Positions 53,451 to 64,000 of a stretch of 64,000 nucleotides of DNA are shown one piece after another; within the stretch, counting starts at the first letter, position 1; each line of letters starts with the position of its first letter. Position numbers and translations under genes: made by a program. Source of the DNA: Lingula anatina (lineage: Eukaryota; Animalia; Brachiopoda). The notes beneath the pieces are model-generated. The model was not told the origin of the DNA, searched no databases, and saw only the letters and a program-made list of their open reading frames with translations. The stretch spans positions 33,238,401 to 33,302,400 of the forward strand of contig CM120641.1 of the NCBI GenBank assembly GCA_051362555.1. The letters are read 5' to 3'.

Positions 53451-54489
53451 CTTCTTAAATCTAGATGACATCAAATGTATTATGGAATATGGTACTGGTG
53501 GCATATTGTGACTTCAACTTGATTTTAAACCAGTGTGTTGTCAGATTTTGTAAGATCACCAGTTGCAGTTTTGTGACTTTGTTCCAGCATAAAATTCTGT
53601 ATTTGGCAAGTGACTGTATGTCATTTCTTTTAAGACCTACAAAAATGGTTTGAGTGAACACTTGTGCCTGTATTCAATTCTCCACAAAGCCATTATTTAG
53701 AATTCATGCAGGGAAGCCATGCCTGTATTTTTTAAAGAAATATTTATACCTTTCTATTTATTCCCTGCACATCTTGGAAAAGTATGTGTGAATATCTTCT
53801 GATGAAACAATTTATGTTTGTGTAAGTGGGGTTAGTCCTTTCTCATGACACATCCCTTTGCATGGAGATTTTTGTGTCAGCTCACATGAGTCAATACACT
53901 GACAGAGAGGGGGATAATTTGTTGATCTGCAATCCTCATGGGTCTGCATGTACATCAGACTCTTAACATGATAGCCCGGCTGTTAATAAGTCTCTCTCAA
54001 ATATGTTACCATACTATAGTGTACTGCACAATGTGAAAGTTTGTGAATGCTTGAATGGAAGGCTTATTTATGAAGAAAGCATTAATAAGTATGAAAATAA
54101 TTATGCATTCTAGCTTACAAAATCTGTGTATGTCTTATTCATTACATGTGACATGTAATAATAAAGATGATTTGGCCAAATTCCAAACTTATGTAGCAAA
54201 CTTTATTCTTGTATTTTTGCCAAATATTTGAAATATAAATAAAAGATGTTTCAATATTTAAACTTTTATTTCATTCATAATCTCTACCCAGTTAATGTTA
54301 CATTGATACTGCAGCTTATGCTTTGTACATAACAATATGTTAATAATAATAACAGTTGGATAGTACATGTTGTTAATTTACTAAAGGCCTAGTTCTTAGA
54401 AAAACATGTTCGACATTAAAATATATTCTAAAAAAGTTTTCAAGAATTGCATGAGAATTGAATCTTTGGATGTATTTGGCAAAATTCTT

Positions 54490-54752
54490 AAATTATTGAA
54501 GAGTTGACAATGCCCAGAAAATAAAAGTCCTTGAGGCTCTCTGTGATCTCAGTCTTGGCACTTAAAATACGTGGGCATTATAATATAAAACTGTTCACTC
54601 AGTTTTGGTAAAAGGTGGTGGATTATGTGGTCATTAGTGCACATTTTTTGTAGCAGTCTTTTGCACAACTTGTCACGCCGACATTGAAGTGAAGCAGTAT
54701 TGTAAGATTGGAGTGCTTCCTGGTGTGAGTTTTCCAGATATAACTTGAGGCA
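54490..54752 (-). mobile_element. Second LINE ORF2 3' remnant, antisense
   Basis: Reverse translation gives SHQEALQSYNTASLQCRRDKLCKRLLQKMCTNDHIIHHL...TERASRTFIFWAL, the same type of tail as 52540-52907. Confidence 0.55.
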
Positions 54753-55029
54753 CTGGAATAGTAAAATTACATAAAATGGTTATAAAGAAAAAATGTATTG
54801 ATATTATCATAACAGCACTATTCTTTAACAAAAATTAACAAATTAGAGGGCATGATCACTACATGATAACCAGCTTTTGATAAAGAAGATAGTCTGATTA
54901 TGGCACAAAATAATTAAATTTAAATAGCTATAGCTGCATTAGATCATAAAGGCCACAAGAAGAAATAACATAATCACACATGGTTTTAAAGAACTGATAA
55001 AAAAAAAAATCACACTAATATTCCCCATT

Positions 55030-55210
55030 TGCAATTAGAATTTTGACAAGCTAATCGATAGTACTAAACCATACCAAATGGCACTGTTCGCCCTCTAAAA
55101 TAGCAAAAATTTTAAGCGGACCCAGAACCCCACGGCAACTAGAGGGTCGGCTTTGCATCCGCGGACCCCCCCTCCCCCCCCAACTTCAAATAATCCTGGA
55201 TCCGCCCCTG
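55030..55210 (-). mobile_element. MITE family B, truncated copy
   Basis: Reverse complement of 39807-39960; ends aatcctggatccgcccctg. Confidence 0.75.
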
Positions 55211-56310
55211 TTACCTGGTGTATTGCTAAAATTATTAACATACCTGTTCTCTCCTTCGTGCTTGAAGGGGTGTATCAACCAGTTCCTCCTCTGAAAGGCT
55301 ATAAAATTCATTCCTTGTAATCATATTCATTCCTTATAATCATATTCATATTTATTTATTTATTGTATTATTCTATTATTTTACTCTTTATATTGCTCCA
55401 AAATTAAAATGATTTCCGATTTATATAATTGGCTAAATAAACTCTTATCTTATCTTATCTGACAATATAAATACATTTACAAATGAGTTACGTGTTGTAC
55501 AAAGAACACCCTCTATCCCAACTAGTATGTAGTACTCGAGTTACATTGTATATCTCATGGGATTCCCCTGCGGGAATATGGTGTGAGGTTCGTCTGCAAG
55601 TACTGGTAGATGACCACATTGAGCAGAAAACGGTATTCCTCCTGGTTTATAGAACTATAAACCTCAGGGTCAAAGTGCACTACCACGCTTCATGTAACTA
55701 CGTAGTACGCAGTGCGAGTGGTTTGGGGACTGCGAGTGCGTTATCCGAGGAAATGTAGCAGTTATTTACGCTTTTAAACTTCCACTGCTAGATATTTTTA
55801 TTTCCTGCCACCTTCCCATTTTAAAGCACATATAGTGACTATAACCCGCTTACCTGCAAAGATTCTGTGAACAATTCCTCTTCTTCTCGCCCACGCTCAC
55901 CTTCGCAGTCGAGTGAGACATGCTGTCTGCATTGTTTACATCTCGTATCTGAGTCGAGATGCCGCGTTATTTCAAACTGTGTCAAGATGGCTGACGCCCG
56001 GGGTTCGAAAGTGGACGGTGAATATGATTCTTTTTTTCGATATTGATTAAGGCCATTTACCTGCCATTTTATGCTTTACCCATAGCAATTGTTCTCAGAT
56101 AAGTTAAATAAGAAGCAATCCATGCACTAAAAAGGCGTTTTTAATCCTATTTTTTGTCCCTTTAACTAACAAGACAGATTAATTAAATCATATTTTTCTC
56201 CGAAACTGCTTCAGTTGGACATACGTTTTGTACCGCTGAAAAAATATTCCACCTGTAAAGAAAAGAGTTAATCCTTTTCTTCTTCAAATGAAAAAATAGC
56301 GTTTAGCAAT

Positions 56311-58858
<2,548 letters not shown>

Positions 58859-58971
58859 CACTATTCACTGAATGCAATAATATTGACATCTTGGCCATAC
58901 TTTTATGACCGTCCCACCATCTATCGGTCAAATTCAAGAGTTACCTGCGGGAAGCACTCGGTGTGACTGAA

Positions 58972-59416
58972 TTGCGCAATACACCGCAATACTGCGCAAC
59001 ACAGTGCAATACAAAAATCAAATCCAGTTGCAATTACACAAAAGAAATGACCATTCCCAGCAAAGTAGGGTGATATAAAAACAACCTATATTACTATGTA
59101 AGTAATATCGTTGATATAACTTAACAAATCAGCAAGACATTTATATTGTCCAGTTGGCAGCATGTTGGCGAGTGGCTCTTCTTGGTATAATAACTGGCCA
59201 AGAAGAGCTACTCGCCGCCATGGCAGCTGACCAAACAATGAAAAAATTATCAAGTTGTATCAGCAATATTAATTACTATGTAGGCCTACTATATATTTTG
59301 CTTTTATATCACCCTATTTTATTTGAGATTACCCTTTCCTGTGTTTACTTGCAACTGGACTTGTGTTATCATGTGTATTGCGCTGTGTTGCGTTGTATTG
59401 CAGTGTATTGCGCATT
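58972..59416. repeat. Long imperfect inverted repeat (arms about 150-165 bp, spacer about 125 bp)
   Basis: tgcgcaataca..gcaatac..cgcaacacag.gcaatac, tccagttgcaa and tagggtgatataaaa are mirrored at 59250-59416. Confidence 0.8.
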
Positions 59417-59419
59417 TTA

Positions 59420-59634
59420 GGCTGTATTTCCAGAGCTTTAAGATCGATCTATCCCCGCGGGGAGTCTCACTAGATTACTGTCAGATAATCCGGCTTAAAT
59501 GTCCGTCCCGCCTACTACAAGCTGTAAGGGTGTAATTTACTTTCGTGTCCGCTCGGCTGACAGCTATTTAGCGTGAACCCCCAGGGAGTTAGGTCGATCT
59601 AAAAGAGATCGATCTAATCTCTGGAAATGGGAAC
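59420..59634 (+). mobile_element. MITE family A copy 3 with TTA TSD (PIF/Harbinger-like)
   Basis: tta|ggctgtatttccagag ... ctctggaaatgggaac|tta. Confidence 0.82.
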
Positions 59635-59664
59635 TTAGTCATACCCGGAAGCACTGACTGAACG

Positions 59665-61986
59665 ATGACACGTTTTCTCTGTTGCGTTTTATCGCTTTTC
59701 TTTTGGATTTCCTCAGCAGAAGATACTGGATTGAGTGAAACAAAATCAGCATGTCTTTCGCAGATCTTTTCAGCACAGTCTTCAAGATGTACCGGTGTGG
59801 TAAACCCAGCATCAGACGCCAGAACGCTGACGAAAGCTGCCTGTTTACAGCTTATAAGCAGTGCAACCAGTGATTTATGCGCAAACGTAAAATCACCAAG
59901 TTGTTTGAGCGAGGTGGCTGTGCTTTATTTGTTGAATGGTGAAGATAAATCTAAATGGGATGCTGTCTGCTCGGTGATAAAAAATGCCCCGATTAAGATA
60001 CCTGATCAAGTAATGAAGGGACAGTATGAGATTCTGACCCAGGATGATACAATATGCAGCACATACTGCCCCAAAGATGACATGAAGGAAACCTGCATTA
60101 TGCTATATTTGATAGCACAGTCTCAGAAAGAAGGAGGTAATCACCATATACCCGTTTACACAACTAGATAGCATTTTTAGTTACTTTGGTGCCAGCATTG
60201 GGTCCTCCTCTACTCCTACCTCCTGCATATCCTCTTTGATAGCATCCATGAACCTTTTCCTTGCAAGGCTTGGCCACAGACAAATGTAAGATATGCTTAC
60301 CAAGTATGTAAATGAGTGAGAATATTATTTTGAATATTTAACTGCATGCTTCACATTTTTTCAGTTGTTTGCCCTACTGCTGCCAACAACGTGATTGGTG
60401 TAAATCAGGGTGAGGGTGGGGCACCAACACAGCCACAGGGAGGCAGTGTATCAGGCCAGACAGGCAGTGTACCCACACAGCCACAGGCAGGTGATACACC
60501 AACACAGTCACAGTCTGGTAGTGTACCAACACAACCCCCACTTGGGAACCTGAACCAACAGTCAGGGTTGGTTAGTGGACCTACACAGCCACTGGTTGGC
60601 AGCCTACCTGGACAGACACAGCCTGGCAGCCTACCTGGACAGACACAGACTAGCAGCCTACCAGGACAGGCACAAGCTGGCAGCCTACCTGGACAGACAC
60701 AGACTGGTAGCCTACCGGGACAGACACAGCCTGGCAGCCTACCTGGACAGACACAGCCTGGCAGCCTACCAGGACAGACACAAGCTGACAGCCTACCTGG
60801 ACAGACACAGCCTGGCAGCCTACCTGGACAGACACAGCCTGGCAGCCTACCAGGGCAGACACAAGCTGGCAGCCTACCTGGACAGAAACAACCTGGCAGT
60901 CTACCTGGACAGACACAGCCTGGCAGTCTACCTGGACAGACACAGCCTGGCAGCCTTCCAGGACAGACACAGACGAGCAGCCTACCAGGACAGACACAAA
61001 CTGGCAGCCTTCCAGGACAGTCACAAACTGGCAGCCTACCAGGACAGTCACAAACTGGCAGCCTACCAGGACAGACACAAACTGACACCCTACCAGGACA
61101 GACACATATGGGCAGCATACCTGGACAGACACAGACTGGCAGTCTACCTGGACAGACGCAGACTGGCAGTCTACCTGGACGGACACAAACTGGCAGCCTA
61201 CCTCGGCAGACACAGACTGCCAGTTTACCTGGACAGACACAGACTGGAAGTCTACCTGGACAGGCACAAACTGGCAGCCTTCCAGGACAGACAAATATGG
61301 GCAGCCTACCTGGACAGACACAAACTGGCAGCCTACCTCGACAGACACAGACTGGCAGCCTACCTGGACAGACACAAACTGGCAGCCTCCCTCGACAGAC
61401 ACAGACTGGCAGTCTACCTGGACAGACACAAACTGGCAGCCTTCCAGGACAAACAAATATGGGCAGCCTACTGGGACAAACACAGACTGGCAGCCTAGCT
61501 GGACAGACACAGACTGCCAGTCTACCTGGACAGACACAGACTGGCAGTCTACCTGGACAGACACAAACTGGCAGCCTTCCAGGACAGACAAATATGGGCA
61601 GCCTACCTGGACAGACACAAACTGGCAGCCTACCTCGACAGACACAGACTGGCAGTCTACCTGGACAGACACAAACTGGCAGCCTTCCAGGACTGACACA
61701 AGCTGGCAGCCTACCAGGACACACACAGACTGGCGAAATACCTGAACAGACACAGGGTGGCAGCCTACCTGGACAGACACAAGAAGGAAGTTTGCCCTCA
61801 AAACAAGAAGGTGACATACCCACACAAAGGACAATAACCAACAAATCATCGCACAGAAAAACCAAAATCATCGCATATTTTCTGTTAAAATACAGATTCA
61901 TAGGGGCCTATAGCAGGTACAGCATTGTTGAAAATATGTTTAATCATTTAGAAAACAAAAAAATCAATGATGCCCTTGAACTTTAG
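59665..61986 (+). CDS. Secreted or type-I membrane-like protein: signal peptide, Cys-rich domain, GSLPGQTQT repeats; apparently truncated at about 61827 (possibly TGOLN2/KCT2-like)
   Basis: Exon 1 59665-60136 (hydrophobic N-terminus, Cys-spaced domain ending CSTYC...C; donor G/GTAATC) joins in phase to exon 2 from 60365. After about 61827 the ORF reads into noncoding repeat copy 2 and stops at 61986. Confidence 0.6.
60598..61790 (+). repeat. Coding minisatellite, 27-bp unit (ggcagcctacctggacagacacagact), about 44 copies
   Basis: Encodes GSLPGQTQ[T/P/A]; variation is mostly at third positions and there are no frameshifts. Confidence 0.95.
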
Positions 61987-63945
61987 CAATATTACAATAA
62001 GTACTGGGAGAGGAGGAGAGATAATATGGATGTGAACTTTTATATAAAAAGATTATGCTAGTTTGATTTGCCTGAGTAGTACACCTACCATCCTAGCTAT
62101 TTTTGGAGCAGCATACACGGTTTCAGCATGGTGAACCCTAAGACCCGGCTCTCTCATGCAATTCAATACATATTTGCAATAAAGGTGTGGAGCAGTTATA
62201 ATAAAAATAATAACCTCTTCCCCATGCTAGCTTCCAGGGTATAGAAATATATCTCAGCCGTGATCAGGTAGACTATTATTTTGTGAATATTAAGCATAGC
62301 AAGCGCGATGGGCCGCAGCAAGGGGCGGTTGGGCTTGCTGAATGTTTGTTAGCGTTATTTGCCACCAGCAGTGTTACCGTTACCGTTTCTTAAATAACAC
62401 TGAGTCATGTTATTAAATGTTCTAAATCTGTAGAAGTAATTTGAGGAGTGGTATATATGCTGTGCATCTACTGCACGTGACTTAATACGCCACCTCGTGG
62501 CAGGTGAGAGTGGCTAAGAACCTAGTAAGCAGACACTATAAATAATGATATTATAGTAGTTATATATCAGTTATGTTGGTGGATTTCATTTCTTTGTATT
62601 TAAATGTTTGACAAACGTTTAAGGCGAAAGGGGTGGGGGGAATTACTGACCTAAAATGTCTTCTTATTAAAAAAATGAAATAAATTCTGTTCTCGTTTTT
62701 TGTACCATTTCCTTTATTTCCGTTGTCAAATTCCAACTTATTCGTTCGTTGGTAACACTGCGCTCAACGTTTTTTTTTTTCTTTGTCGTTCCAAATGGAT
62801 TTAAATATATTTTAAGTAGATTACTAGATATATTGAGGTTCAGTTAATTTCCTGGCTAAAACAACAGTGTTCTTATGTCAGTAGGCCTAATGTGAGACTT
62901 GGAAGCGTACGGGCTATTTCTTAAAGAAAAGATGGGGTGTTTTTTTGACTTAGTTAATTAAAAAAAAAACAGCGAAAGCCTCTGCCAAGGCAGCTCATTT
63001 CTCATTATTATTCATAAATTAGTTATTCAATAAATCAAACAATCAATCTAATAATTAATTAATTAACTCAATAACATAACCTGATATGTAGTTATGATGC
63101 AGGATATTCGGACTTTTTACTGACTGTGGTAGTTGACAGCACATCCATTGCTGTAAAGCAATAGAACTGCTTTCAACTACCACAATTGATCAATGTAAAG
63201 TCTTTCGTTTAATTAATTAATAATAGAAGTAGTAATAATAATAATAAAGAAAGAAAGTGAGAGAGAGAAAATGCAAAAAACTTTCTTCACAATATTTCTT
63301 CACTGATTTTATAATAATGAGATGTAACTTACATAAAATTTTAATTAACATAAAATATGTAAGCATATTGATAAAGCCTTTTGAAGCAAAAACTTCGTCA
63401 CTTCCCTAGTTTTATCTGAAATAATTTTCAAAAGGGGGTCAATTTTTTAGTGTTACAAATAATTTAATGTGAAAAAAAAGACTGTACCTGTATTTGTCTG
63501 TAGAGCTAAACGTACTCCACTTTTTTTCAAAAAAAATCTTTTTTTTTCTAAGCATAGGAGTGGGGATTATTATATATCATGCAGTGGCGGATTTGGAGAG
63601 GGGGTTCAGGGGGGTTGGCTTCGCATCCGAGGCCTGTCGTTCTGCCCCCCCCCCCCTTCAAATAATCCTGGATCCGCCCCTGTCATGTTGTCGCCAGTGG
63701 CCTAACGGAAATTATGCAACCACTACACGCTATGTGTACGGAGACTACCTGACGGTCCAGGTACAGTACTGCAATGAGAGTAAAGATGGCGCTATTAACG
63801 TTAGAAAAAAAAATCCATGTTTTGTGTTTTTTTTAAGTTTGTACAAATTTACATTATTCGGCCGTTGTATTTGACCAAACTTGTATATTCTGTCAAGCAT
63901 CCATTTTCGGGTAGTTTGAGCATGCACCGACTGAAGACTGACACT
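61827..63945 (+). repeat. Long direct repeat, copy 2 (about 2.1 kb)
   Basis: Colinear with 56311-58858. Lacks about 57820-58250 of copy 1 and carries an extra MITE. Confidence 0.92.
63582..63682 (-). mobile_element. MITE family B, 101-bp copy with 5-bp TSD TCATG
   Basis: tcatg|cagtggcggattt ... ggatccgcccctg|tcatg. The empty site is visible in repeat copy 1 near 58585. Confidence 0.88.
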
Positions 63946-64000
63946 CACACAATAACCTTGCGCGCGTTATACGTCACAGGTCTTGCGTAACTACCCGCGT

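Larger units (their letters stand above)
50804..56161 (+). mobile_element. Kolobok-like DNA transposon relic, about 5.36 kb, with TTAA TSD
   Basis: TTAA|AAGGACACAAAAGAGGATT ... AATCCTATTTTTTGTCCCT|TTAA, TIR 16/19 matched. Decayed internal peptides resemble Kolobok-type transposase motifs. Confidence 0.72.

Noticed and set aside
60598-61790. CRISPR-like array
   Set aside because: Contiguous tandem units with no unique spacers and no cas genes, in a eukaryotic context.
60405-61901. Long antisense and alternative-frame ORFs (PGRLPVCVC, LAAYLDRH, VGCQSVSVQ repeats)
   Set aside because: By-product of a 27-bp unit lacking stops in several frames. Only the GSLPGQTQT frame links to a signal-peptide exon.

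Overview
AT-rich, intron-rich animal DNA; a lophotrochozoan, probably a mollusc, inferred from the squid-like calexcitin and the intron layout. The first 42 kb is a dense cluster of spliced genes: SRP68 (+, first exon outside the window), TOM1L2/TOM1 (-), DRC3/LRRC48 (+, with an AT-AC U12 intron), GID4 (-), a CWC25-family gene (-), DAP1 (+) and a calexcitin/SCP-family EF-hand gene (-). The CWC25-family gene appears to lack the conserved N-terminus and has a Gypsy pol fragment in one intron. The right third is repeat-dominated: a 5.4-kb TTAA-flanked Kolobok-like DNA transposon relic with nested LINE fragments, three MITE families, and two diverged direct repeats of about 2.1-2.5 kb. Those repeats flank the 5' part of a secreted or membrane protein gene with a 27-bp tandem array, which is cut off at the second repeat. 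No tRNA, rRNA or CRISPR array is supported. All homology calls come from recalled motifs, not database searches, and some exon boundaries are approximate.
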